Shown: piece after piece, positions 23,664 through 37,144 of the stretch
Position numbering within the stretch: the stretch's first letter is position 1
Layout: each line of letters opens with the position of its first letter
Source of the DNA: Phoronis australis
Lineage: Eukaryota; Animalia; Phoronida
Length of the DNA: 64,000 bases
Assembly (NCBI GenBank): GCA_002633005.1
Contig: NMRA01000199.1
Location: forward strand, 442,995 to 506,994
Reading direction: 5' to 3'
Program-made: the position numbers and the translations under genes
The notes under the pieces: model-generated
The model's input: the letters and a program-made list of their open reading frames with translations, nothing else
What the model was told of the DNA's origin: nothing
Database searches by the model: none

Positions 23664-24437
23664 CGTAGGAACCATCAGTGGTGGTTATAAGTGAAGATCT
23701 CTACGTATGAGTGCGTCACCCGCGTTGTATCATGTAAATGGATTGTTCAGGCACACGTGACAACTAATAGCACATAACGGGGTGGGTTGGCGCAAATGTT
23801 GCACTGTCTATTGAAGAGTTCAGGGGCGCTTTTTAGAAACGCAAACCCGAGATTACGATTTTGATTTATTTCACCGCGTTCTAATGATGCTTACATTAAA
23901 AAAGCACATAAACGAGTTTTAGACAATAGCGGCCGCGCCAGACTGCACGCGATTCTAGTGTAGTTGCGAGTGCCCAGGTCGACTATTTTTCACGCCCGAT
24001 ATGGCCACCCTTTCGCGCGGCACTGCAACACAAATTTTGCTCGCTCACGTGTAGTCTGGCAAGGTTTTAAGAGTATATCCTATCAACAAAATTATTGGAC
24101 AATCTAAACATAAAAAACGGCATGCCAAGCACGTGATGTGGCACATGAATGGGATGAACAATAATCAATGAAAAATAAATGCATGACATCAATGGTTGAA
24201 GGGAGTCCGATCACAAACGAATTAAATGTTTTTTCACTCAGAAACACCATGATGAGCCTTGTTTGGCTGGTCCTGGTGAAAATCCGTTTCCCAATCTTCA
24301 TGACATTGACAATAAATAATCACGAAAATATACAATGTAGCTCTTGTCTCTTAAGTTCTAAGTAAGCAACCTAATTGGCTTTTCTTGAAAAGCGCTGTCC
24401 TTTTTATCAGTCAGCAAAACTTAACAGCCCAAGAAGT

Positions 24438-24836
<399 letters not shown>

Positions 24837-25259
24837 TTAAATTTCACCGGAAAGTTTCCAATTGTGGGAATAGTACGCAAACAAAACTACAAGACGGAAA
24901 TGCGAGAGCCAAACATTCCAACCTGGAATTAAAATCTAGGAAATATAAAGCTATTCTATTCTGGAAGTCGTATCTCGGGGGGGCACTCACCCATCGGGGG
25001 AGGTGTGCATTGAGTCCAAAGGATCCGAGAAAAAAGAACGCCGGACCCTATAAAATGAACCTTGGTGCCAACCTGTGTCTCAGGGAGCCTATTACGTGAA
25101 TAAACTCTTCTTTATTTGTAAACATCCACATCGGCCCAAAGTACAACAAACAAACAAGACCATTGCAGTACTATGCACACTAGTCAGCCATACACAAGCG
25201 GTTCTGTTTTTTAGATGTGGAGTAATATACATTCACAACTGAGGTATCAGGATTACTAA

Positions 25260-25925
25260 CTGTCTATGAAACTTAAACAAAGAGGGACTTTGTCTAGAGG
25301 CTCTCACTTACATACTTAGGTCTGATTTCGGAAAAAGCTTGGCAAAGTAACAAAAAGTGATGTTCAACCTCCACGCAATTCCTCGTGCATAATGTACACA
25401 CTCTGTCTTCATATATCACATTTACCTGACCAGTTTCTAATGCCAGTCTGTGGTTTGCACATCGAAGACGTGTAAAACTTTGCACAAACCCTCTTGGAAG
25501 ATTATCAATTTCTAAATAGTTTTCATGCTGAAATTCATCCTTAAATTTTTTGTAATATCTTATTTTATTATTGTAATCACCACCTTTGCAAAGCACAGTC
25601 CTTAACACATTGTGAGAAAATATTTACAAACGACTCTTTACACGAGACTCCTTGGTTTACCCAAACATCATAGAAACCATTCACAATAAATTTCGGAATG
25701 AGCTTGCCCAATTATACATATGTGTACCATTTTCATCTAGTCTGTACAGCATGTTGTAAGCGGCCCTTGGATAACGTTCCTGTGGCGTATTCAAAATTTT
25801 AAACCAGTATTTAATACAGCTAACACAGTATCTCCTAAACATGGGGTATCTAACACATTTACCTAATATTGCAGCGTTAGAGCAAGAACAACCAAGTCCC
25901 AAGGTCCATTTACAAAATTTTTAAT
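25260..25925 (-). mobile_element. Decayed 3' end of a LINE ORF2 (RTEX-like or related AP-endonuclease clade)
   Basis: Broken frames give NAAILG...RYP....CIKYWFKIL....RYPRAAYNML......NWASS.RNLL and FTRLRCANHRLALETG...RVCTLC...VEVEHHFLLLC..FSEIR, a C-terminal CCHC domain typical of LINE ORF2. Confidence 0.8.
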
Positions 25926-28900
25926 GAATTTTTTTCTAAACACTCGTATTCTCCCCTTGTGGCGCCCTAGATCTGCCGGTGACTCGACTATATTTTTACA
26001 GTGGAGCAGCTAGACTTACGAATGCCGTCCATTTTGAGAGTGGACTAAAATATGAAAGATACCATGTTGCTAAAAATGAGTACATTTTTGCAACAGAATA
26101 TCTAAAATGCACAGGTTGGGCCTGAAATATATTAAGTGGCTCAAATCCCGACTTTGACTTTTGATTTAGACCAGTCCACTAACCGCTGTACTAAATTGGA
26201 CAGCTCTAATAAAATATAATTGCAGGTGGTACTCGTACACGTTGTACCAGACGTGCGCCGGCCGTGCATGTGGGCCCGTTGCACTGATCACCTGGAACCA
26301 TTTTATGCTTTATTGATGCACTATCTTGCACCATCCATATTTTTAACGACGATTCAGGGCTTGAGCAGAACTGAGAGTTCGTCATTGCTTGGAATCAGAT
26401 TCCATAAGGTGGCATCGTCACGTCGTTTTATTTGATGAGCATTGGGCCGGCTAGCCAGCCAACTAGCTGTTTGAAGCCTATCGTCAAAATACATATATTT
26501 AGGCTAGTATTAGTATATAGCTTTGTACCAAGGCTGGCCAGCTTGGCTGGTCCAGTTCAGACGATAGCACTTCCTTCCATAACCCGTAAATCACTCCTTA
26601 TCTCAGTAAGGAACAAAGTGAGACTAAAATTAACGGGGAAAGTTCTCTATAGCAAAAGTTTGTAGCGGCCAAGGTCCTTGGCAAGAGTTGGTTTATCAAG
26701 GTTTATTCCCGATATAAATAAAACTCGATACGTGGCTTGTAGTTGGAGATAAACCGGAAAAAACACCCTTTTGACTCTGAGAATTTTTCGTCAGAAAAGA
26801 AGTTTTTCCGTGGAAAAACAAGTCACGACAGNACAGCCATCTGAGCGGCACATCCTATGTACCTCTCATACGGAACCCCCCCCCCGAGTTGGTATCTTGA
26901 GTCAAACACTAAAACAAAACAGATACGACCAAAACTAGGTCATTTGAGGTCAGGACACCGCACATATGCTCGAATACAGCAGACATGATTTTTTTAAATT
27001 AAACATTTCAAAATGTACAGCACCTACGTACCACATTTCAAAGCAAAAACAAAAATACATACTCACACAGGTAATTAACACAATAATGTTCTGCGTTTGT
27101 TCCAAATCTTGTAAGATATAACAGAACAAGTGCGTCTTCTTTCGTCTATCAGCCTTACTGTATTGGCTAAAAAACATTGACTGGCACTCTTGATTGGATG
27201 ATATTGGTGCATTTCTCATTTGAACGTTCCAAGCGCTACCTTCTGTGACTATGTGTAATGAGTGTTTGAAAGATGTAGCTAAAAAGTTTAGATACACTTT
27301 TTTGATACAACCAAAAAGTTGCAGACAAAAGATATTTTAGATTTTTTCATGTCGAGACTGACTTTTGGCAGTGGTGAAAATTATGGGAGTGTGCTACAGA
27401 TGCGTATCCAGAAGGGGACACAGGCGCGTGTCATATCCAAGTTATTCACTTGTAGAACTCCCACCCTCTATCAATAGCATTAGAGGGAGTAAATCTGCTT
27501 AACCCCCAAATTTAAAACGCATAGCTCTATTTTGACTACTTTCAGAATTTTTAGAACCCCACACAGCAGACCCATAACCCAAAATAGGTGCTACACAAGA
27601 AATAGGGTCTTTTAAAATACTGTAAAGCTTATGGCTTGTCGGGTCGTTTGTTTTTTCAGATGTGTTCCACACCCGGCCTCTATTATTGAGAAGCGTTTAT
27701 TACAGACCCGAGGTTTATTTATTTCCGTCCTACGGCAGGCCAACATGGTATCATACGATGGCAAACGAAAAAAATCGTATGTGCCAACCGTCCGCTCTTA
27801 GGTCGTATCCGATGTTATTACACGATCTTCAGCATGTTTCCTAGACGGTATCCACACATGTGGACCTAGCCCCTATTATGTGCAGGCTTCTGTTATGGGA
27901 CCTAGAGGGGGTCGGCGTTTATTAATTTCAAGGTACCTAGACCCCGGTCTTCTATTAGTGGCAGGCGTCTATCAGAGATCCAGCTTCTTAGAAGGTTTAC
28001 GACATATTAAGCCTGCATTTCGCTCTGTTAAGTGGCCTAAAAATGAAAGTCGAATTGGGCGTTTTGCTTTCATAAAATCGGTCTCATAATATTCCTCTCT
28101 GTGATAGGATTTTATTTTCGTTACGAATAAGAAAATCGAGACCATCAGCGACGCTTCAGTGTTTATTGGGGTTGGCCAACCTTGCGAAATCGACTTTTTT
28201 GTGACAATATAAATGCCATTCAATGTGAACTATGTTAGTTTATGCTAGTTTTATCAATGTACTAATGGTTCAGTGAACTGTCAGGTGTGAGGTTTTGAAT
28301 TTTTTTCGCAAAATGACAAAAGTAATAAGCGAGTGTATAACGAGATCACTGACAAGGTAAGTGAAAAATTCCTTCTTAGAACCAACTAAAGCACTTTTGT
28401 GTTGATACTATATTGTAACTCTCCATCATAAACTTTTAAATAGTCAAAAAAATCCCTGAAATGCGTGGATTATATTTTTTTCTAGAACGCTTAATGGTAT
28501 TCATTTTGCTGTTTATTAACTTGGGAATCGAGAACCATGGACAATGTTTTTGGCGTCTTATTACTCGTGGGTGAGCGGTATCAACGGTCTAAAGTGTTTT
28601 ATTGTTGTTATATACTGGTTCAAATGAGTGGGTCTTGTGTCACGAAGTTGTGTTTTTGGCTGAATAATTATTAATAATTATTATAAAATAAATTCATGGG
28701 AAGTTCCAGTGGAAGTAAAATGGTGTAACAAGGTTAGTAACCTTGTAAATAAGTTTAAAGCTGGCAAAATGTTGTATTTCTTCAAACAAAGCAATTTATT
28801 TTGTTTCAAACAGAGTTTTGTGCGAGCATAAGGTTTGCTCTTGCGATCTTGCCCATTTTGACGATGTATCAATCTATAGTACTTGTTAAAAGCCATGATT

Positions 28901-29097
28901 ATAGTAAATACGTGGTAGAATTAACGTGCAATAAAATAGTTTTAGAGTGTGATTTGGAAGATAGTTCTTCAAAGACGACAAGACAACACATTACATGTTT
29001 TATGTAGTTTGCTGCCAATCTATAGAGTGTAATACTTCAAAGTGAGCATGATGCCGAGGGGAGGGGTCAAAAGCGAGGGAGCACGGCTTTATAGACC

Positions 29098-31313
29098 GGC
29101 AGCCCAGAGCACTTGGAATAGATGAACGAGGTACCGATATTTGACCACCCGAGCACTTAGAGTGCACCCCAGTATGTATAGGACCCCCATTGAAAAGCAG
29201 TGTGAACTGATGAGGCTACACTCATTGTAAATATTACAATAATAAATAAATAAATAAATAAACAGATAAATAGAAATGAATATCTGCATTTGTCTGCACT
29301 CTGGGTGTTAGCCCTGGGAGTCGTACAAGGGGCTGAAAATAGCTAGATTAGATATTCGAGGTACCCAAAACTGATTTTTAAATATAAACCATCGTGCAGT
29401 ACTGAACATCGAATGACCCATGACAGACACATTGTACTCTAGAATGGGTCCAGAAAGAGGACCCCCAAAAAGGAGTTCGAACATACATTCAAGGTATCAC
29501 AATCAAACAAATCCATGTCATTCAATACATGCAACTGACCACTAAATTGCCTGTGACAGATAGAATACACTCTGGGTTGAGCCCGTCAGAAACCAACAAA
29601 AATCTTAAAAACGGCATGGCAATGAAAATTTGAGCTAGATTAGATATTCCAGGTAGCAGTCAAAACTAATTTAAATCAAACAATCGTGCGGCACTGAACA
29701 CCCAATGACACGACAGACAAATTGCATTCCGGAAAGGGTCTGCCATAAACCCAAAAAGGACCTCCACCATGAGCTAGTTCATACATTAGAGTTACCACAA
29801 AAATAATTCTTCATAGTTCAATATACGCCACTGACTACTAAATGGCCTATGACAGACAAAATAGTTTCTGGGCTATGTCCACAAGAAACCTCCAAAAATC
29901 TCAAACACAACCGGTTGCTGGAAATCTCTCAGTGCTACCTTAAATATCCGAGATCCCTATTAAAAAGGTATAGAACGTAATATCTCGTTAACAATATATT
30001 TTAAACAATTCCTGATGAGAGTACCACCTCGCAACATCTACTACAGAGTTATTCACTTTCCCTCGTGAGGAAATTTTCAGAGAAAATCATAAAATTCATC
30101 ATTTTTGAAATACTCGCGGAGGAAAAAGTACTCTGTGGTAATCCCAGAGTTTCTAATCCCACTTCCTCTTATGATAAATGCGCGTTCCGCAACAATGTCT
30201 GACAAGTCATTAGACCAAGGTGTTAATGAATGGAAATTATCGATAATTAGTTAGGTTTCGAACGGCCCCACGGGTTAATATATGGAGTGAACTTAACTAA
30301 TATTAAAGAGTATCCCATTAAGAATGAAATGATGCAATTTGAACAACATCTCGTCGTTAAGATGTTTTTTCAACGGCATTCCGAGGTTAAGGCTTTTGCA
30401 TTTTGGTCTTGGAGGGGGAAACTAGTCCATATAGTGGCTTCAAATTTTACGCATAGTAGTAAACCATTGGTGTTAGTCACACACAATATAGTCCTTTTGA
30501 AATTGACTAGAAGTGTTTATTACCAACGATTACACTCAAGGTCATTGAAAGTTGTACTTTGTGAATTGTGAACAGTGTTCTTTGTTATACAACTGGCTCA
30601 GTTGCACTGAGTAGTAAACACGGCTTAGCAAGGGTTTTATGTCCTGACTGAGAAGGTAATCGTTTTATTACCCACTATATGTTTTGAATAGCCTAGCCCG
30701 GCTAGAAAGTGGGATTTCTGGTGGGCACAACTCAGAAAGTAATTCGTCAGTCATAGGTCATTTAGTGGCCAGTGGCATGTATTGAATCATATGCGGGGGG
30801 GTAGTTTTGGGGTTGGGGTTCAGTGCGACACGATTGTTCGATTTAAATTAGTTTTGACCGGTACTTTGAATATCTAATCTAGCTCAAATTTTCAGTGGCA
30901 CAACATTTATGTTTTTTGGGGTTTCTGGTGGGCGCAACTCAGTTTATTTTGTCTGTTATGGGCAAATTAGGGTCACCATTTAATCATATGGAATTGTTTT
31001 TTGTGGTACCTCGAATGTATGAGCTACCTCATTTTAGGGGTTCTTTTTGGGTTTCTGCCGGACCCTTTCCAGAATGAAGTTCGTCTGTCATAGTTTCATT
31101 GAGGCACGATTGCTCGTTTTAGAACAGATTTGGCTGGTGTCTCGAATGTGTAATCTAGCTCATTTTTAACCCCTTCTTAAGGTCCTCAGGGGTCACACCC
31201 AGAGTGTAGACAACGGCAGACATCCATTTTTGTACATACTGAGGTGGACTATAAGTGCTCCTAGACTCAGATGTTGGTATCTCGTTCATTTATTCTAAGT
31301 GCTTTGGGCTGCC
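29098..31313. repeat. Foldback-like long inverted repeat with modular arms (about 29098-29905 and 30715-31313)
   Basis: GGCAGCCCAGAGCACTTGGAATAGATGAACGAGGTACC at 29098 pairs with GGTATCTCGTTCATTTATTCTAAGTGCTTTGGGCTGCC ending at 31313. Each arm has two diverged roughly 290-bp units beginning AGCTAGATTAGATATTC. The spacer is about 800 bp and non-coding. Confidence 0.8.
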
Positions 31314-31816
31314 AATCAATTAGTTGCCTCGCCTGCGGTATGGCTAGACATACAGGTAGTAGTACTTCCCAGGCCTCAATAAACCGAAATGATCCCCTTT
31401 CTCAATATTGGTTATGGCGAATATTGACCACGAATACACGTGGATTTCAAAAATGCTCAACAACAAAACAGAAACAAAAACAAGTTTGAGGAAGCAGATT
31501 GTTTATTTTGGTACCGTTTCTATTGAATAATGAAGCANGATGATCCCCTTTCTCAATATTGGTTATGGCGAATATTGACCACGAATACACGTGGATTTCA
31601 AAAATGCTCAACAACAAAACAGAAACAAAAACAAGTTTGAGGAAGCAGATTGTTTATTTTGGTACCGTTTCTATTGAATAATGAAGCAAGACATGCAAGC
31701 ACGAAAAATTAAATGGATGAAAACGATTTTCATAAAAACCCCGAAGGGTGCGAGTCAAACTATCAACTGTCAACTGTGAATATCTCAACATTTCTATCCG
31801 ACCATTCATGCAATCT

Positions 31817-32260
<444 letters not shown>

Positions 32261-33074
32261 TCAGAGGCTGTCTGATCATTCTGTTTTAGTCTACGCTGTC
32301 TATGGGCTATCGGGTCAGATCACAAATTGGTAGGCCTATATTGACAAAAAATTATGCAGACATTTTATTTCTTAAATGACAGAGGGTGCTTGTTAAATTC
32401 ATGGTTATTATTCACGGTAAAAAGTGAACGAGTGAAGACCATAAATTTGTTCTGAACTTGTTGGACCCCGTTTTTGTGTATTTTCACTTTCGAAAGTTAT
32501 CGCCAGCCCTTGTGGTACACGAACGAAATCCAGAACAGCCATGACCACGACCGTGTTCCGAGTTCTCAACTTTGTCTTAAAGTTTTGATAAGCATCGTCT
32601 ACGTGACTTACCTTAGTGGCCAGAAACAAATTTATTTTCAGGTGAAATCTTTTGGTAGTCAACAGCAGACAAACATTTTTTGTCAAATATATATTCGAAA
32701 GGAACTTTCTGTTGGCAGTAAAAATGTCATTGGTTGAAAAATAATGTTCACGCTTTTTCATTGGATAACTTCGTGCATTTTTCAGTGGTTTGCGCAAGCC
32801 TGTCATCTATCGGCAAGATGGAGATAATCGGTGCTGGGTCGCAAAAAAACTTCTAAGTATCCGCTGGAAAAGTTTGATTGTTACACTTGACGTCAGGTGC
32901 ATTGTTCAACAATAACAACGTCGTTATTGTTGCTATACGGCGTATAACTTTTATGCAAGTGGGCCCAACTGGACAAAGTTGGTAATCTCAGTTTAATGGC
33001 AAGCATGTTTTAACATGCCTTTAAAAAAGCAGGCAAACATAGTCAAAGCACATACGGTAACCCTCCCTTAAAAC

Positions 33075-33390
33075 TCAGGGGTGATGCCAAGCTGAAATAT
33101 ACACCGTTGCCATGGCAAACAAGTATTTTATGAGTAAAAATCAGAAATTTCAGGTTTTGAGGTAAAATCGTGTTTTAAGCAGATAACCATTAAGTCACCC
33201 TTTGATGAAATTTTGGGGTGTTTATCTGATTTGGGTATCCTAACCGTGGTAACAGTCAAGATCCTCAAGATTAGGCTTGATAGCAATCATGCTAGATAAC
33301 AGTGCTTGATTTTGTCAGAACGTAAAGTTGCGGGGTTGTTTGGATACAAAAGCTTAAAACTATTTATGAAGGCAGTTGGCATCCCCCAGA
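33075..33390. mobile_element. Probable MITE
   Basis: Imperfect inverted termini GGGGTGATGCCAAGCTG / CAGTTGGCATCCCCC. No clear TSD. Confidence 0.4.
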
Positions 33391-33670
33391 TTTGAGGTTC
33401 GCTAGTCAGCTGTTGCCGAGGGTGATCCGGCAATTGTGATGGTAGTAAAGCTTTAATCGCAATAATTTAAATATTTTGTTTGAAGTTCTGTGTATCAAGG
33501 GTTAACTAACTGGTTGAATACTGCCTGTGAGGTGGACTTTGTGAAAACGTTACCGGCCGTACAAAAATCGTTGGAATTTTTAAATGCGCACCACAATTGA
33601 GCATAAACAGTTTTCGGGAAGAAAGGGAGTTTGTGATCTAGTCGATATATTTTGAAAAGATTGGTTTAAA

Positions 33671-33916
33671 CATGCGCGCACCCAGCCTTTAATATGGGGG
33701 GATCAAATTTCTGACGACGTGGGCCTTTTACTAACAAAAAACGAGAAGACTTAAAAAACAGGGTACCGCGTTCGAAGCCGTGAATTGTGCATTTATGCCT
33801 TATTTGATGGTCTTTTGTCTCTTTTTCTCCGACTTTTTGCTTCTCTGAGGCGGATCTTTTTGCCCATATCGCCAAATGGGGGACTCTTGGAGCCCCCCGA
33901 GCCGGGTGCGCGCATG
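33671..33916. mobile_element. MITE, CATGCGCGCACCC family
   Basis: TIRs CATGCGCGCACCCAGC / GCCGGGTGCGCGCATG and perfect 5-bp TSD TTAAA. A related end lies at about 4840-4906. Confidence 0.8.
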
Positions 33917-34359
33917 TTAAATAGTTCTTACTTTCCCGTAGTAAACACGTGACTTGGTTTATGTACTCTACCTAAGTACATAGTTGGTTGACGGGCTTGC
34001 TGAGTGTCCGGAGCATACGGAACACCTCGGTTATTTTCGTGGTCTCAATTAAATATTGTCCTTCGGAGGCGGTTCGTATTTGTGCATGTGCGAACTTACA
34101 TCAATACAGCAAGCCATGTGACTCTTTTCAGAATCAGTAATGGGCCTTGCCGTCGAATGCTTAGGGATATCCCTGTGATAACAGTAGGCTAAACACTATA
34201 TCAGGAGACTTCGTATTGAGACTTCGCGTTTACGAATTTAGTTTGAGACCTGCCAGACTGAAGCATTGGTTTTCACGGTTTCTTTGAAATGCCTTTGCTG
34301 TAGTGATTCAAATTCCCACATGTTCAGAAATGAAGCACCTCTTAGAGATAATTTGAGGC

Positions 34360-34673
34360 CAGTGGCGGATTTCAAGAGGGGGGCCAAGGNATGATCCCCT
34401 TTCTCAATATTGGTTATGGCGAATATTGACCACGAATACACGTGGATTTCAAAAATGCTCAACAACAAAACAGAAACAAAAACAAGTTTGAGGAAGCAGA
34501 TTGTTTATTTTGGTACCGTTTCTATTGAATAATGAAGCAAGGGGCCATGCCCCCCCCTCTACAACTCTCCCAGATTCCATTTGGCAGTTCGGGGGTGCGC
34601 CGTCTGACGGGCAAAATCCTGGCTAATTCTCTGCCCTGACCCCCCCTAAATAAAAATCCTGGATCCACCCCTG
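34360..34673. mobile_element. CAGTGGCGGAT-family MITE copy 3 (interrupted by a probable 151-nt assembly artefact)
   Basis: TIRs CAGTGGCGGATTTCAAGA / TCCTGGATCCACCCCTG and perfect 5-bp TSD GAGGC. The interior TCTCCCAGATT.CATTTGGCAGTTCG is shared with the 23376 copy. Confidence 0.75.
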
Positions 34674-35800
34674 GAGGCTGCACAAAAATGCCTCAGATGT
34701 CCCGAATGATATGTGGTTGGTGCAGTAAGATACCATTCCGGAATTATGTCAGATATAAATAATATGTCTGACATAAGCAACCTCTCTAGAATAATCATTT
34801 GAAAACGAAATATCCAGTCGACTGCCTTGCGAGATTACTGAGTTGGAGAAATTCTGAGTTTGCTCAAGTAGACTACTGGGTTGGTTTGCCTCCCTCTCCT
34901 GTCTTCCAGAAATTACTTGCCATTCAAGCTTACTTTTGATTAGTTTTTAGCGTAAATCTTTTTTGAAAACGCTATAATATTTTTAGTCCTTGATTAATTA
35001 ATTTGGCGATTGATCATTCAATCCGTCGCTAAACTCCCAAAGTTTCGAATAATCGTAGGCCTATAAAACTCGCTTTCCTAACTGGTCAAATCCGCTTTGA
35101 AAACCAGGATACCGCTTTCCTGTAGGTTTTAGAGAATTATGAATTATTATCTCAGCAGTGTGTTATTGGATATGAAGCGTGGTCTTTAAAATAACCGTTT
35201 GTGCCGGTCAAAATGGGGAAGTAGGCCTACCTGAAGGTCACGTGGTGCAACAGCAGGGGAAGTCGAGGGTCACTGGCCTCGCTAATTACGGCGAAAATAA
35301 AAACAAAAATCGAAATGTTTTTAATGAAAATGCTCCGAAGAACTACTGAATACTATCAGGGATACAGTCGTATGATCCTGCTCAATGTCTCCGCAATGTC
35401 TTTGTATGATCCCAAAACGAAGTTGTTGCTTCCACGTCCATTTCGAGAGAAAAATGATCGATAGATATGCAATTCACGCTGACACAAACGAAAGCAAATG
35501 CACAATCTTCTTCGAACGTTTAGATCTACGTAGCAATTGTCACCATATAATAAAACAATCATTGGCTTTAATTCTCATCTCAAAGCCAAGTGTTTATCTC
35601 AGTGAAAATTAATGATTAAATTTTATTCAAGTGAGCTTCATTTTTGTACAGTGGGCCCGGCCATGTTGATTGCATTGCGTGTCTGGAACCATAGATATGC
35701 TGCAACAGTTCATTACACTCAGTGACGAAGATGCACGGCGGATATCATTGCCTGCTTTGCACGCGCTTCAACACATTGATTTTGTTTAGATATTACAGAC

Positions 35801-37144
35801 ATGTCCTCACAAAACAAAGTAAGTCTCAGACTATTCACAATTTGCATGCGTGTATTTTGTCACTTAGCATTTTCAGGCAATGTTAACGGAGAAGAAATTT
35901 CAAATAAGGACCTTGGTTTACTGGAGGACCGTGAAATAAAATTAATGGTTAATCAAGTTGGTCCATGGCTTATGGACTTCAAATTTAACGAGCTAGACAG
36001 GAGGTTTATGGACGAAGAAGGCAGATTCGATTCCAAAAAAGGAGTTTTCAATCCCGATAGCAGACCACAGAAGGTGTTTATGCGCCATTTTCCCATTCCA
36101 CCACTGCGGAAGTTAAATCAAGAAGTTACAACTGCCTGCGAGCAAGGTTTTATGAAATGTTTGTCAACTATTTACAAAAAGGTGAAACAGTCACCAATGC
36201 ACCAAATGGCGGCCAATCGCACGGCGTACATGAAAAGAATCAAAAAGGCAAAGTGGGATAAACTGTTCGGAGACGATTACGACTATTACAAACTGACGCG
36301 TTTTATGCCATTTGAGAGTGACTTGAAGCACTTCCAATATAGAGCAACAGCCAGTTACTACATGTGTTGGTACACCATGAAGAGGGAACGCCTGCTTGAA
36401 AATATTGTATCTTTGTTTCCGGGGCAACTCTGTGACACGTCTGGATATGATATTAAGACTGGCTATGTAGTGCCAAAATATATACGAGATTTTAGAACAG
36501 CAAACAAGGAGCCCTTCGAGTGTGCCCTCCTTTCGTTTTGTCCCGATCCCTGCTGTGGCAAAATGAAGAAGGGGCTGTCCCTTCACCGAGACACGTGCTT
36601 CCACCATTCAACCAATCCGTGCCTAGGAGTGGCAAATGGAGGTTGCCACATGGACCTCGACCGGAACGTCAATTTCGAGGACTTGATCCATAACAGGATA
36701 AACTTTACTTGCAACTGCGACCAGGCACGTAAAGGATTTGAGTGGAATTTATTTTATGGACTGTGTGTGGACATCGACGAATGTTTACGAGGTACCTACG
36801 AATGCCAAAATAACCAAGTCTGCAGGAATACTCCTGGGAGTTATTTCTGTTCTTGCAAAAGGGGCTACAAATTCGTCAACAAAACTGGCAAATGTGAACA
36901 TCTTTTTTATCACAGTGCGAGCGAAGTCACGCCTGTCGATGGAAGCAACGGAACGACAAGTGCGGTAACCTCTACACAACCCCCGAACCAGGATATCGTG
37001 GCTGAAGCAGGGAAGCTATGGGATCGAACTGTCTTGCGATTTGCAGAATTCCTTGGCTTAGCTCCTTCAAACGCGACATTTATTTTCATTAGGTTCGACT
37101 TGTTGTCAGTTGTTGTTTCATATCTGATGTTTGTTGAACTGTAA
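35801..37144 (+). CDS. Intronless secreted or GPI-anchored Cys-rich protein with a calcium-binding EGF domain, 447 aa
   Basis: It has an N-terminal signal-like segment, an unrecognised Cys-containing region (CEQGFMKCL, ASYYMCWYTM, PFECALLSFCPDPCC), and an EGF-like module followed by cbEGF DIDECLRGTYECQNNQVCRNTPGSYFCSCKRGY...C. A Ser/Thr stalk precedes a hydrophobic C-terminus with no cytoplasmic tail. AATAAA lies at about 37438. Confidence 0.88.
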   Translation: MSSQNKVSLRLFTICMRVFCHLAFSGNVNGEEISNKDLGLLEDREIKLMVNQVGPWLMDFKFNELDRRFMDEEGRFDSKKGVFNPDSRPQKVFMRHFPIPPLRKLNQEVTTACEQGFMKCLSTIYKKVKQSPMHQMAANRTAYMKRIKKAKWDKLFGDDYDYYKLTRFMPFESDLKHFQYRATASYYMCWYTMKRERLLENIVSLFPGQLCDTSGYDIKTGYVVPKYIRDFRTANKEPFECALLSFCPDPCCGKMKKGLSLHRDTCFHHSTNPCLGVANGGCHMDLDRNVNFEDLIHNRINFTCNCDQARKGFEWNLFYGLCVDIDECLRGTYECQNNQVCRNTPGSYFCSCKRGYKFVNKTGKCEHLFYHSASEVTPVDGSNGTTSAVTSTQPPNQDIVAEAGKLWDRTVLRFAEFLGLAPSNATFIFIRFDLLSVVVSYLMFVEL

